This document shows, in pieces, positions 13,020-26,776 of a stretch of 64,000 nt of DNA (position 1 is its first letter; each line of letters starts with the position of its first letter). The translations under genes and the position numbers were made by a program. Source of the DNA: Octopus vulgaris. Lineage: Eukaryota. Below the pieces are notes generated by a model. The model saw only the letters and a program-made list of their open reading frames with translations, was not told the origin of the DNA and did no database searches. Location: assembly GCA_951406725.2 (NCBI GenBank), contig OX597814.1, positions 141,856,001 to 141,920,000 on the forward strand. The letters are read 5' to 3'.

Positions 13020-13660
13020 TGTTATTTGAGGGAGAATTTTGTCTATTTCTAGCAGGTTGAGTAACTGGGCAGAGACTTTCTCATTGGCTTGTTAATGTCT
13101 ACAGTAAAACAGGAATACTAGAAACAACCATTTTCTTTTGTACTTTATCTTTCCAGATAATTGTCTTAATTATCACTAGGTCACGCCCTGATCAAGTAGA
13201 TTTATGATCAAAGCATTTCCATGATAATCAATACAATAAATTCAAACCCTTCAGCTAGTCCTCTCTTAAGTTACATTATTCAGTCTAGCACTACACATTT
13301 ACATAGTTTCGACTCAATTGAGTTGTGTTAAAAAAAAACATCCCACTTTTAAAAAATACTTTTCACAATTGCACCATCTAAAGCATCCTTGCTTTCCTAA
13401 GATAAGGAGAGATTTGACCTATATTTCTAGCAGGTTGAGCAGTCATATAAAGGTATTTCTGTTCTCTCCAGATCAACCTTGATTGAAGACTTTTGCAGCC
13501 ATGGTTATGCCAATTGCTAACAGTGTAGTCATGACCATTCTATAGTTTTTTTGTAATTCATATATAGCACAAGACTTCATTTCTAATGTTGGTTCTTTTC
13601 TGATTCAGGGTGTAATTTTGGGGATATTTACTTGCTACGTCTAGCATGTTGGATTCCCAC
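13020..13660 (-). repeat. Cluster of three copies of a short interspersed repeat (…GGAGATTTG…CTATTTCTAGCAGGTTGAG…); orientation inferred
   Basis: Motif at about 13025-13085, 13405-13450 and 13615-13660; recurs at about 18200-18260 (inverted), 42065-42115, 53375-53400, 53515-53580 and 56775-56840. Confidence 0.6.
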
Positions 13661-14259
13661 ACTGACTTTACTTTATTTGTTGGTACCAGCAGCTGTTGAT
13701 AGGGGTTTCATTTTCAACAAGTTCAGATCATTAAAAAAAGAAAGTAGTATCAAGTTTCTATAAATGTAAGTTGCTTTCCAGCAGTTGACTAATTTGATTT
13801 TTAGAGTTAACGAAACTGTATTTAGACAGCACTAGCTATATAAATCTTTTTTATAGTTGCAAGTTGATTTATTTGCAACATAACCCAATATTAATTTGTT
13901 ATATTAATTTCAATAAAACCTTTCATAGTGTTAAGTTTTGTGTATAAGCAGATGATTAATGGCTATTCAATTTAGCAGAAAAATTGTTTGAGTAGTGCTA
14001 ATACAGTTTTTAAATGAGTTATTATAGTAACTCAAGGAAACGTTGACATTGATTTGAGAAGCTGTCTAGGAATATTATGAATCAACTATATTTTTGTTGA
14101 CTGGTTTAAAAAAAATGGGATGGGATTTGATAAGGGAATAATTGTGAAATTTAATCCATTGCCCAGTTTGACACCACCACCTTCCACTTGGGTGTTTCTT
14201 TAACAAAATGTGTGCAACTTATTTGTGAGTGTATACAAATGTGAGTGAAAATATGTATA

Positions 14260-14985
14260 CAGTAATCCCTCACCATGTGGAGGTGCGCGATTTAGTGGTT
14301 AGGGTGTCAGCATCCTGATCGTAAGATTGTAGTTTCAATTCCTGGACTGGGCGACACGTGTTCTCAAACAAAACACTTCATTTCACGTTGCTCCAGTCCA
14401 CTCAGCTGGCAAAAATGAGTAACGCTGCGATGGACTGGCATCCCTTCCAGCTGGGGAACACATTTGAAACCAAGAAACTGGGCCTATGAGCCTAGTTAGG
14501 CTTTAAAAGGGTGCAGTGGAGGCGCGTGGCTTAGTAGTTAGGGTGTAAGCATCATGATCGTAAGATTGTCGTTTCGATTCCTGGACCGGGCGATGTGTTG
14601 TGTTCTTGAGCAAAATTCTTCAATTCACATTGCTCCAGTCCACTCAGCTGGCAAAAATGAGTAATGCTGTGATGGACTGGCGTCCCGTCCAGCTGGGGAA
14701 CACATATGCCATGGAAACCAGAAAACCGAGCCCATGAGCCTGGCTAGGCTTTAAAAAGGGGCGCGTTTATTTATTTTTTTAATCCTTCTCCATATCTAGG
14801 TTCACCTACCGCAGTTTATTATTTAAGCTTGTGTCAGTTCCTCTGTGGTGTGTTGATTTATAATAATATATATACAAATTATAAAAATAATAAAAATGTA
14901 CAGCACAGCACTGTTTCTACTTCATGGATTTTCACCTATCACAAGGGGTTTTGGAACATAACACATGATAGTCATGGGATTACTG
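14260..14985. mobile_element. Tc1/mariner (Tigger/pogo-like) MITE interrupted by a SINE dimer
   Basis: TA|CAGTAATCCC ... GGGATTACTG|TA terminal inverted repeats with TA TSD. Confidence 0.75.
14277..14780 (+). mobile_element. Head-to-tail dimer of tRNA-derived SINE family D
   Basis: Two units of about 240 bp starting GTGGAGG at 14277 and 14517; A box TGGCTTAGTAG, B box GTTTCGATTCC, GATGGACTGGCGTCCCGTCCAG segment; imperfect TSD TAATCCCTCACCAT / TAATCCTTCTCCAT. Confidence 0.85.
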
Positions 14986-15100
14986 TATACACATAAGTTT
15001 TCCACTTGTACACTTACAATACTGCACTCAGATCTACATACTTTTAACCCACTCATATAGATTCAAGTACCATTAATGTCTTATGAATATTTCCTTGCAG

Positions 15101-15174
15101 GCAGGATAGTTTAAAAGCTGTGAAAGAAATTCAAAAGTGTCAAAAAGCTGAGAAAACAAAATACAAAGATCAAG
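15101..15174 (+). CDS. raw: raw-like exon B (Lys-rich linker QDSLKAVKEIQKCQKAEKTKYKDQ)
   Basis: Acceptor TTTCCTTGCAG, donor AAG|GTAAGG; 74 nt, phase 2 to 1, exactly bridging exons A and C. No motif support. Confidence 0.7.
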
Positions 15175-15368
15175 GTAAGGCTTTTTATTTTTAAAAAAAT
15201 AAAATAAACATATTCAATATATGTAGCATTAAAAAGCAAATTGGAATTATGTACTGAAGAAAAGAAAGATGGGATCAGTCTATTTTCATTTTTTCTGACA
15301 AGTTGATTTTAGACATGTCTTAGTTTTATTGTAACCTCTCCACTCAAGCTATAATGACAATGAAAAAA

Positions 15369-15597
15369 GGCGGCGAGCTGGCAGAAACGTTAGCATGCTG
15401 GGCGAAATGCGTAGTCGTATTTCATCTGTCATTACGTTCTGAGTTCAAATTCCGCCGAGGTCGACTTTGCCTTTCATCCTTTCGGGGTGGATAAATGAAG
15501 TACCAGTTACGCACTGGGGTTGATGTAATCGACTTAATCCCTTTGTCTGTCCTTGTTTCTCCCCATTGTTTAGCCCCTTGTGGGTAGTAAAGAAATA
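15369..15597 (+). mobile_element. tRNA-derived SINE family C (diverged copies about 25075-25270 +, 36640-36822 -, 36840-37025 -, 55760-55905 -)
   Basis: GGCGGCGAGCTGGCAGAA...GAGTTCAAATTCC B box...GCCTTTCATCCTTTCGGGG...AAGTACCAG central domain; retains CpGs, so relatively young. Confidence 0.8.
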
Positions 15598-15970
15598 TAT
15601 AATGACAATGAAATAATCAGTAAATTTTATGAAGGATATGCTATAGCTGAAAAAATGTGTAATGGGCATATGTACTGTGGCTGTATACCACATTACATGG
15701 CAAAACTGAGTCGAAAAGAGGTACCAGTTTTTGTATGCAAAAGAAGTCTTCACTGGTATGGACATGCTGCCTACGAAGGTTGACAGTTGGGGGGAAAAGT
15801 CAGTTGATCTTCTGCAAAAGAGGAAGGTTTAGGAAGGATTTGTAAAAGGCTGATTTCAAGATGTGAAACTCATAAGAAAAATTATCAGGGACTGTAGGAA
15901 GTGGCAAGACAATTGCTGAAGATATACACATTGAAACGATGGTGTTAAAATAAATTAGTATTTTTTCTAT

Positions 15971-16332
15971 TCTTTTACTTGTTTCAGTCATTTGACTGCA
16001 GCTCCACCTTTAGTCGAATAAATCAGCCCCAGGACTTATTCTTTGTAAGCCTAGTACTTATTCTTTCTCTTTTTGCTGAACTGTTAAGTTATGGGGACGT
16101 AAACACACCAACATTGGTTGTCAAGTGATGGTGGGGACACACACACTCACAAGAATGCGCACACATACATATGATGGGCTTTCAGTTTCTGCTTACCAAA
16201 TCCACTCACAAGGCTTTGGTCAACCTGAGGCTGTAGTAGAAGACACTTGCCCAAGGTGCCATGCTGTGGGTCTGAACCCAGAACCATGTGGCTGGGAAGC
16301 AAGTTTCTTAACACACAGCTACACCTGTGCCT
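15971..16332 (-). mobile_element. SINE family A (followed by a more decayed copy at about 16360-16620)
   Basis: Collinear with 5006-5419. Confidence 0.88.
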
Positions 16333-18018
16333 AAAAATCTATAGTAATATAGATTTTTTCTTTCTTGTCATTTACTGGGTCACTGCCTTCAAGAATTTTT
16401 AGTTGATTGAATCAACCCCATTACTTATTTCAAGTGTGGTACTTATATCAGTTTCTTTTCCTAAACCACTAAGTTATGGAGACGTAAACACATCAACACT
16501 GGTTGTCAAGTGGTGATGGCACATGCTTCTTCAGTTTCCATTTACTATATCACTCAAAACCATGGTAAAATATACTTGCCCAAAGCACTAAGCAGTAGGA
16601 CTGAACTCAGAACCTTAAGCTCTTTGTAATGAGTAGGGAAAAAAATGAAATATGTATATGCGTCTTTTTCCTTGTTCATTGATTTAAAATTTGAACTGGT
16701 AATTCTACCAAGATTTATCGAGAAATAATTATCTCCTTTACATTAACTAACAATAAGGGTACACCAGGTGTTAAAACTAAAATCCCTGGTTATTAATTTA
16801 GAACTGTTCAAGTTTCGACCTATAATATCTGGTGGTTTTCATGAGACCATTTCATGTATTCCAGAATACATCAGTAGGACTTGGATGTTAGGTGCCTCCT
16901 CCCACAAAAACAAACAAACAAAAAAAAAAAAAATACAAATCAAGTTTTTACTTTCCACATTTGTGGGGGGAGGATTGGAAATTTAGATTACAAATAGGGC
17001 CTTCAGAATGCTTTGAGTGTGAAGTTCTTTGTTATTCAAATTAATGAAAATTTTCTTAATTGTTTGTTTTGGCTTGAAACCAGATTAGAAAATGCATAAT
17101 ATTTTGTTTAGCAAATAAACTTCAAATTTATATTAGTTGTTTCAAATATCCTGACATTTTCTCTTGCTCAAGGCAATTATCAATTCAAATATAACAATAT
17201 TTGAAAGCATCTCAATTTTCTGGCTTTCTAACAATATTTTCATGCATTCTAATTTGTTTTCACCTATTTTTCTTCTCTTACATTCCCTGCTATCTCTCTC
17301 TTTCTCTTCTCCATCTTGAAACAGCATGAAAAGTCGTAGATATACTTTCAGATGGAGCTTAATAAAAATAAACTCTTTCAGGAAATTATTATAGTGTAAT
17401 TCCCCCATACCCTGTCACATAATTTGTCAATTTGGCTTCGATTGAAATGTTGCGTGTAATGTTAATTAATTTTCATCTCTTCTTGCCTCATCATGTTATT
17501 ACCAATACTATTTAAATTTGACATTTGGAGAAACTAACAAAATCAAATAGATTTATAATTGCTATATAGCAACATCTTTAGTATTATTCTATTATAATTA
17601 TGCAGTGATATTTTTTTCTTTTTCTTGCTGTGTCCTATCATTATGGCTTAAGAAAATTATCTATCTTGAAAGAAGCATTCTGTTTGTTTTTGTGGTATTT
17701 TATTTTTTTTCAAATTTGACTATTTTTCTCTGAATCATTAATGTTATTGAACGAGTGCAGTAACAAAATAATATATAGTTGACATTCATTAATATTTCAT
17801 TCTTGTTATTTTTCTGTAAATGACAATCATTTATTTCTGAATAGAGATTGCAAAATTAGCCTTCACTGTGATCCACATTTATGGATTTCAATAATTTACC
17901 AAAGTGTAAAAGCAAGATGAAAGTAGAAAATGTATCTTTTGCAAATTACATAAAATGGTTTCATGTGAATTCTTTAGTAAAAGGTTTTTGATAATCACCT
18001 GTACTCATGCACACCCCA

Positions 18019-18185
18019 GTGCATTACATTGCATTAGACTGCATCACATTGCATCATGTATTTGACTGCATTACATATTGCAAAGCAGTATATTGCATAA
18101 CATGCCTCGCTTCATATTTCTACACTGCAATCTGCATGCCATGCCAGGTATTGCCATACAATGCATAACTACATTGCATCACATG
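18019..18185. repeat. Degenerate pentanucleotide (TTGCA/TTACA) low-complexity repeat
   Basis: GCATTACATTGCATTAGACTGCATCACATTGCATC... periodicity. Confidence 0.6.
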
Positions 18186-18539
18186 AGCTGAGGAGGTAGC
18201 ATCTATGCAGTCACTGGATGTGCTAAAAATAGCAGATATTTCTCTCTCAAATCACACTGTGCCATCTGAAAAGAAAGTAACATTTGCTAATGTAGTCCTA
18301 TATTATATATATATAAACACAAGCACACACAATCTGGAAAGAGGTTAAAAGGTTGTTTCATGGCTTTAGATCAAAGGGCTGATTGATTAGAACTGATCTT
18401 AACGTTACATTTATATCTTGCCACAGTGCACTACATAGCTGCACACTGTGACATCTTAGGACATTATCTAAAATTGTAAATATTTCTGAAGAAATGACTG
18501 GTTGCAAAGGTACGGTGTGAAGTTTTGAGGTTATAGTAA

Positions 18540-19260
18540 GGATCAGGTGTGATATGGGGGCTTGCAGCATGTTGCATCTACCATTTGTCAATATCTGCTT
18601 GTGACCTCCTAGGCAACCCTCCAAGCAGTGTCCAGTCAGCTTGTCTCACTGTGAGATACTTCCTCATCCATCATGGCCATGAGGTATATGGCCAACCAGT
18701 ACAACCTGTCACCCCAACTGGTTCCTCAGGCAAGAAAACACTACATGCAGGATCCAATTCAGAAAAATCGAGCAGCATAGCCAAAGAGTCTAAGCTGTCA
18801 TTCTTGAATCATACAAGACACGTCCCAGTTTCTGAGTATAGACATTGGTTAGATATGATCAATGGTAACCCATAATTTTGTGAAGTATCCTGGTATCAGA
18901 GGAATTCAGGTGGCTACTAAAGATCCTGGACAATGTCCAAGACTTACATTTGTAGAACAGGACAGGAAAGACCAGAGACCTGAAAACCCAAACCTTATCT
19001 TGTTCAGATACCAGCAATGCCAAATAAAAATTTTATGACTTACTTGAAGTCATTTGTATTAAACTTTTGAATACATCATGTTTTAGAGGCATTTGATTTC
19101 TACATTGTCTTCATCAAGTTGTGTACTGTTACATCTATATACAGCTGATGGTTAGACATGTTCCAAAACTTGGCTACATTGTCCAGTGTTTAACTGGATA
19201 TTACTCCAAGTAAATGATTCTTGAGAGAAATGTAAATCTGTCATTCTGCTTTAATATACT
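18540..19260 (-). mobile_element. Decayed LINE fragment, second RTE-like family
   Basis: Minus strand gives LYSETG...IQE*QLRLFGYAARF..LDPA...GWPYTSW, like the RTE ORF2 C-terminal 'LRLFGHVAR..DPA..GRP..W' region; boundaries approximate. Confidence 0.55.
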
Positions 19261-20252
19261 TCAGTTTCCTTGGAGACATTAATCAAAACTCTTTTTTCTA
19301 AAGAGTATATTGACTCCCATTTTTATTTTTCAGATTTTGATATCAGGAATAACTTTGGTATTCAGAAATTGAGGCAAAACTATTTATAAAATTAACTGAT
19401 GTTAGGGATTTTCGTTAGATTTTTTTCATGGCACCAAACCCTAAATCCTGCCAATATAATTTCTTTATTCAACATGACTTATGGGGAAAAAATTAATAAT
19501 ATTCAATACATATATAGCAATTCTAAATTTATTCTTGAAGGCTTTATTACTTTTGGGATTAAATGTTAAATTTCTATTCTAGGATCTTATTCTATTTCGA
19601 CAAATTAGATAATGCTTGTGGTTTAACCTTTTTTCTTTTTCATTTTACTGTATGAATAATAGGAGTAATTTTTAGAATTGCAGCTCTGACGCATCTATAA
19701 ATCAAAGTGTGCATGCTTTTGAGTTCAGGCTGACCCATGTCAATTGAATAACTGAATTTGTAAGCAAGAAAGCTGTTATTTTACAGTGTCACAGAATATG
19801 AGACGCATTTTAAATATAAGTAACTAGGACTGGAACAGTTACACTTAAGGAAATTGTCTCCCTTTCAGTTACTCACCCACCCTCGCATAATGTGGTGGTA
19901 TCCATGTATCTCCTCTGTAGCAATACACTTGTACTTGTCCTTCTATTGTACTTTAGTCTTCAACACCTGTCATACAACCAGCTCCTTTCTCTAGTACCTT
20001 TTCACTCAGTCAAGGGTTGAAATGTTTCCCTTTTTCCTTTCTTTGTTTTGTTTTGCAAGTTACTTGGTGACTTCACTAGTGCTGATGTGATAAAAAAAAA
20101 CAAAAAAACCCTGAGGTGCACCCTGTAAAGTGTTTGGCATTAGGAAGGGCATCTTGCTGGAAATACCACACAAAGCTGACATCAGGGCCTGATACAGTTC
20201 TGCAGCTCACCAGACTGTCAAACCATCAAACCCAAGCTGAAATGGACATTAA

Positions 20253-21338
20253 CCCTTTCGTTACTATATTTCTGACCAAATTACACCCCTTATGTGTTTC
20301 AATTAATTTCTAACGTAATCATAAATTTAGTCTGGTTTCATTAAACAACTATAACTTTTTTATTTATCGATATATTAATCTGATTTTTGGAAGATAATTT
20401 AATGAAATATTCTCAACCAATTCTATACTATAATTTTTGTCACAAAGTGACTCTAATTGCTGGTAGATCAGGTAAATTCCACAAAATATAAAATTATTAA
20501 AATTTTGTTCAAACATCGCTATAGAAAATGGGTTATTAGCTAATATTCAATTGGGTATACAACAAAATTTTACGATAGAATTTGTTATTCTGGGTAACTT
20601 TCTGATACCCATAATAATATTTATGGCAAAATAGGCCTTAATTTCATTTAAGGTTGTGGGAAATAACAAACTATCCTTTCTTTCGCTTTGTTTACGTTTA
20701 GCGTAACGGTTCGTTTCTGCCGTAATGATTTCAAATAGGCTCATTCGAAAAAGTAAATAGAAATAGTTTAAGGCTTTACTCTCCTGGGAAAGTCTGTGGC
20801 TTGGTCCAGTTTCTTCAGAAAAATCACCGAAAGAAACAGTTTTTAAATTTTCACTCCATTCAGGTGCCAATTCATTTTCTTTATCGCTATCGGAGATCTC
20901 AGATTCACTGTTTTCACTTTCGGAAAATGAAACATCAGATTCATTATCAAATACCACATGCTTTTTTTTTTTCAGTCATAGAGTTAGATTTATGAAGGTC
21001 TTCAGTAGAAAATCCTTCGAATTCTGACTCGCTGCTTGATATAATGAAATTCGTATCCATTTTTTGTCAGAATTACAAATTTTGAAAACACAATAGGAAC
21101 AAATTTCGGAAAAAAATCTCCCAAAATTCACAGAATTAAAATTACACTTCGATTATTGTACAAAACTGTAGTTGAACTGTTTACGAAGTATAATACGTGT
21201 TTTCACGAATGTACTGAAGAGATTTGCTCTGATATTCTCATTTAAATATGAATAGGTAAATTCGGGCGGCTTTGGGCGGTTTGGTCTCATAAACCAAAAT
21301 TTTTTCGGGCGGCTTTGGGTGGTTTGGTAACGAAAGGA
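20253..21338 (-). mobile_element. Internally deleted piggyBac transposon
   Basis: TTAA|CCCTTTCGTTAC ... GTAACGAAAGGA|TTAA; duplicated subterminal TTCGGGCGGCTTTGGG(C/T)GGTTTGGT; transposase fragment inside. Confidence 0.92.
20547..21060 (-). pseudogene. piggyBac (PGBD4-like) transposase N-terminal fragment, frameshifted and truncated
   Basis: ATG at 21060 gives MDTNFIISSSESEFEGFSTEDL..., with a frameshift in an A-run near 20965, then an acidic tract and YFYLLF..LFEIITAETNRYA...PTTLNEIKAYFAINIIMGIRKLP; catalytic DDD region absent. Confidence 0.85.
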
Positions 21339-24300
21339 TTAAAAGATGATAATAAAGTTACAAACAAAACATGTCCCAACATCGTGAGATGCCTTGTACT
21401 TTGAAATCTAACACTGAATAGTTTGAACATAGGATACCACTTAGGTTCTTGCTATTTACAGGATATGCCATTGAATTTACTTTTTCATCTAGTCACATAC
21501 ACATATGTCTAACTCTGAGAGCCTTTTTATTCTTCTTGAATTGAAGATATTAAAATGGTGAGAAAACATTACACACTAAAAGCTAAACATTTTAGTGTTG
21601 TGCTATGTGTCGTTTCACTTGCTCTAAAGTTGTGTCTTCTATTACTAATGCAACATACCCTATTTCTATGAATTTATCATCACTGTTTAACGTCTGCCAT
21701 GCTAGCATGGGTGGGACTGTTTCACAAGAGCCAGCCAGGCAGAAGCCTGCACCAGACATCTGTGACTGTTTTGGCAGGACTTTTACAGCTGGATGCACTT
21801 CCTAACACCAACCACTCAGCAGTGAACTTAGTAATGTAAATTTTCCTGACGTATGTCTTCCTCCTTCTTATCCTTACTATTTCATTATTCAGGCCCTCCA
21901 CTAAAGATTTCTTGATCCCTCTTTCTGAGTTGTATTCTCAGAAATATTTTCCCCCTGCCTACAGTTTTTCTATAGGTATTTGAAGTTGTCCAAACTAAAC
22001 ATTGACTGCATTACTTTCACCAATGTAAGCAGTGCAACAAGCCATAACCAACAACCTTCTAAATGATTCATGTATGGTAAAGGAGTTTGCTTTGCAATGA
22101 AGTGGTTTCAGTTCAACTTCACTGATACAAGCAGTTGTTTGTAAGCAGTCTTATGTTAAAACCTGGCATAATTGAGGACAAAATATTACCTTGCATTTAA
22201 AGCAGGTGAAGACTGGTAATAGGAAGAGCATATGGTTAAAGAAATCTGTCTCAATGTATCTTGTCTGATTCATGGAAACATGGAAGTGTGTATGTGTGAG
22301 GGCAGTGAAGCTGCTTTGGAAAGTTGGCCTGCAGCTTTTTCACTTTTTGCTTCAATTAATTTTTATCAGGTTTCTAGTTGTATGTATTTAATTGGATTAT
22401 TGCTACTTTAATGTATCAGTTCCTTGTATTTACATCTTGATCTTTGTATTTTTTTTTTTTTAAATATTTCTTCAAATCTAACCCCATTTCAAACCTCTAC
22501 TTTTGGTAGACATTGAGGAAAAGGAAAAAAATCAAATGAAGTCTCTTACTGCTTCTTACAATGTGTTAATGTTTACAATGTGTTAATGTGGATCACTCTA
22601 TATCCTGTGGGGAAAATTACTTGGAATGATTCTTACTTTAATCAAATCTATTTAAAAAAAGAGAAAATTACAGTTACTTTAAAATTAATTATATATAATT
22701 CACCTCTTTTACCTAGCATATCTCTAAATTGATTTTCATGGTGGATGAACTGTACCTTTCCTGGTAGATAGAATTTAAGAGTAAAAATGAAAATGGAGAC
22801 TTAGATCTGCTTCACTTTTATCTTTCTATTAGCGTTCTGCTTGGATAAAACAATCACAAAAAGAAAAACAACAAAAGTTGGAATCTTATTACACATTTCA
22901 CAATTCTAGAGGTGTTAGTTTTAATCTATAGCTGTTTGCATTATGACTGTCACATTCAAGTCACATCCAATTTTTCTTGTTGATTCTTATTGATAACAAC
23001 ACTTGTTAAGACAGTCTTTTCACTAGTTCACCAGTTTAGCAATGATTCTTTATACAATCAATCTAACAGCTTCCTCTGATTGTAACTAGTTTCTTTATCA
23101 AATTAACATATTTTTTTTCAATCTGTACATGATGCGGCAACAATCTGAAATTTTCAATTTGCTTATCTCAAAAACCAGCTGATTGTCTTCTCATCTCCTG
23201 CATGTAGTTGCTTGCCGATATCACATGCATGCATCTGAATCAGTCACCTTTCAGGTTATGACACATCAAAATCATAAGACGACGGCACATTTAACTGTGA
23301 TTCATTTTTCTACATTGTATATGCATTTATTTTATCTTGTACATTCCTTACCTCCTTGCTGTCATTGTTTAAAACAGCATGGAGTGATTTTGGTTAGATT
23401 AATACAGTGCAGAAGCTGAAGTATTTTCTCAGACACTATTCAATAATGATATGAGATATAACTGTAGGTAAAAACAATATGGCTTCCATATCTTTTGAAG
23501 TATGCTCTTCTAATATTATGATGTACAGGAAAAAACATTTTTGGTATTTTTAATCAAACCATTGTTATATATACACTTAGTAGCATACTTATTTGGCTTA
23601 TAGTAGAAAAAAAAATGTTCTGCCAGAATCTACATCTGTAATGCAGCTTTGATTAGAAACTTTAAAAATATTATGCTTAGAAAAATAAGTTTCATCCTTT
23701 CCATTGCATAATTGTTGATTTGCACTTAATAAATTTGAGTGGTTAATACCTTAATTGGTCATTGCTTAAAAATTATTTCATATTTTAATATACCAAGTTA
23801 CCACTTAAAAATTCTGTAAAATTCTCTTTACATACCCAGCTGAAATCTATATGAATAGTTTTTGCTTTTAGTCTAACATTTATTGTATTTACTTAACCTA
23901 TATATTTTTTTTCTACTTCATCCTGTTAGAGTTGCTTCACTGCACCTGTTAACATCACACTTCAAATTGATATGCTTGGTAGAGTTTATTTGTAAACCTA
24001 AATTCATACTTTAATACTTGTATTTTAAGGAGGAATAAATTAGATAAAAATAGACGTTTTTAAAGTGACCCATAAGGTTTTATGTAAGTTGTGACATTTT
24101 TTTTTTCTGTGAAACTGATTGTTTTTTCCCATTACAATCAGTTAATATATTTCTGACAAAATTTTGTTGGAATGGAAACTCCTCAGTTAAAATTTAACTG
24201 CAAGTGGAGAGTGCACAATGCACAGATCAGCTTTTAGTCATGATATCAATTTAAAAATTGAATATTTCAGTTATTGACTACCCTAACAGATTGAATGACT

Positions 24301-26739
24301 GAACAATTAATCAATTTATTAAATGTTAATGAATTGACTATTAATAATAATAATGATAGAAGTGAAATAGAACCAGTGTATGTTTATCATTGGCATAATG
24401 ACCCTCCTGAGACAGTCTGTTTCAGCATGAGCCAATGTCAAGGATCTTGCAAACCAAATACGAAAACAAAAATTCATTTACCCCTTTATGCATTTTTCTA
24501 GTCTCCTCAAACTTTTTAGTTGTGTCTAGCAGTGGTCCTCACCCAGGTAATGGAAACATACAAGATAGTGCAAGTAGTTTATCAAACAGTCGAGAATAAA
24601 ATATTTTGAAGGGAAGGAATAGAGGAAAGGATGAGCAAAATGCCATTATAGCTACGTTTTGAAAAGACTAAATTTGTTACTATTTTGTATCTGAAACATG
24701 GCTGATTATAATAATCATTAAATGTCCATTTTTCCATGCAGACATGGATTAGATGGTTCAACAGGAGCTGGTAAACCAGAGGGCTGCACCAAGCTGCAAT
24801 ATCTGTTTTGGCATGGTTTCTACAGCTGTCAATAATAATTCATTTAAGAATATAAAACCTTTTACCTTGTTTGTATGAAAGTGGTGAGCTTAATCAGTTG
24901 GATTTAAACTCATTACTTTTCTTCTTGCCTCTTATATAGTACACAAACAGTATTATTACACTATTCTGTTGAGATATTATATCCCCAGTATCATATAAAT
25001 AAGATGTGGTTTCTGGATAATTTTCTCTTCTTTGGGATTATTTGAGCTCTCCAAGGCAACAATCTGGCTGAATTGTTGGAGTGTCAGAGAAAACAACTTG
25101 TGGTATTCCTCCTGGCTTCTTATGTTCTGAGTTTGAACCCCACTGAGTTGAACTTAGCCTTTCATAGCTCTAGTGTTAAAATAAAGTACTATTTAAGTGT
25201 TTGAGTCAATGGTATCAGTTATCCAACTCCTTGCAAAACTACTGGCCTTGTTCCTTAGTTAGAAACCATTATTTGCATTCTCTTGGATTTGAAATGCTTT
25301 TGCGCGCGCGCACACACACACGCACGCACGCGCGCGACTGCTTCATCTGGATATTTTCTGAATTAAATTCAACTTTATTTAGATCCTTAGATTTCTGATG
25401 CTTGTGTTGCTTTGTATTCAAAATTGGTAACAAAATCTCTGTTTGAACCTCTCTCTCTCTCTCTCTCTCTTGTTACTTTTGAATTAGCTTGTTAGATCAC
25501 TAAATATAAAACCTGAATGGTGCAGTTTTATTCTGAACTGACACTTCATAAATCCCAGATGTGTGTGAATGAACCTGTAAACTACAAGGCCATTCTTTCA
25601 TTACCAACACTCAGTTCAGCTGTGACAGAACATGGATATATTTATCCCTACCACCCAAACACACACATACACACACAATTTCTATATTTGCTTACTATGT
25701 TGATGCCTTGCTGTCAGGGTCACACTGACATTTTCAGTGCGGTTTTTAAAGGTAAAAGGTATAAAGCTGCCAATAACCGGAAACTACCAACTCTTAATTA
25801 TTGGTAGTTACCAGCATTGATTTTTAATTTTAATCCTGGAATATGGCAATTTGTTAGTTCTTATGACACCAGTCAAGCAAAAATGTTGACATCAATTTCT
25901 CTGCTGCTAAAAACTCAAAAGATCCAAATGAGATGGTTAAATTGCATATCTTTTCCTGCATCGAATGTCACAGCTGCATTTTACTTCTATTTGTGTATCA
26001 GTCAATATGAAATCTGTACAGTCAAAATTAATTGGTTTTTGCATCCATCACCATCTGCCCTCCCCCCTTTTTTTTCTTCCATAAGTTTTAAATTCAAAGA
26101 TCAAGGTTTTTGTTGACAGTGATTAGTTTGGTATGACCAGATTCTGATTTTAAATTTTTCTCTCTGCACTTATGTGAATACTATGCATGCATGTATTTGT
26201 GTAAATAATGCGTGCATATCTAAACATGTTACAAAAATTAAAATTAAAAACAGTCAAAATATTTTTCTTAAAAAGGGGTGGGGTTAAATACTATAATTTT
26301 TAACAGCTAAATTTTTTAAATTGAATTTTTAATTCTTCTGAGGAAAGGTTTTTTTTTAATTTTTTTTTTTTTTATAGTTAATGATGAATATATTTTTTAA
26401 AAATGAAACCAGTGATGACTTCAAGGAAGAAAACATTCTGCAGCTAATATAACTTTCTTTTTTTTTTTTTTAAGAAATGGAGTGCATAAAAATAAGATCA
26501 GTACACATTATGTCACCTCCCTAAAAATTGTTAAATTTACATTTTATAAATAATGCAAAAGTGTGTTGTGTGTATGTAGTTTGTGTACACACACACACAT
26601 ACAAAGTAGGGCACATTTTAAATGCAACTAGTGCTGAAACAAGGATATTTATTACAAATATTAAATATGTACCCCATCAATGAGACACTCTTATATAAAA
26701 ATATTTTACATAGATGTGTGTATGTATATAAGAACTGAA

Positions 26740-26741
<2 letters not shown>

Positions 26742-26776
<35 letters not shown>

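Noticed and set aside
14517-14595. tRNA gene
   Set aside because: A/B boxes are present but the sequence continues into a SINE body, is multicopy and diverged, and I could not form a full cloverleaf; same for the other SINE heads.
19334-19357. Possible 24-nt phase-1 microexon (DFDIRNNF) between exons B and C
   Set aside because: Good acceptor and frame-compatible, but weak donor (GTATTC) and no homology support; exons B and C join without it.
25302-25336. GC-rich alternating purine-pyrimidine run as a CpG island or promoter
   Set aside because: Only about 35 bp; a (CG)/(CA) microsatellite.
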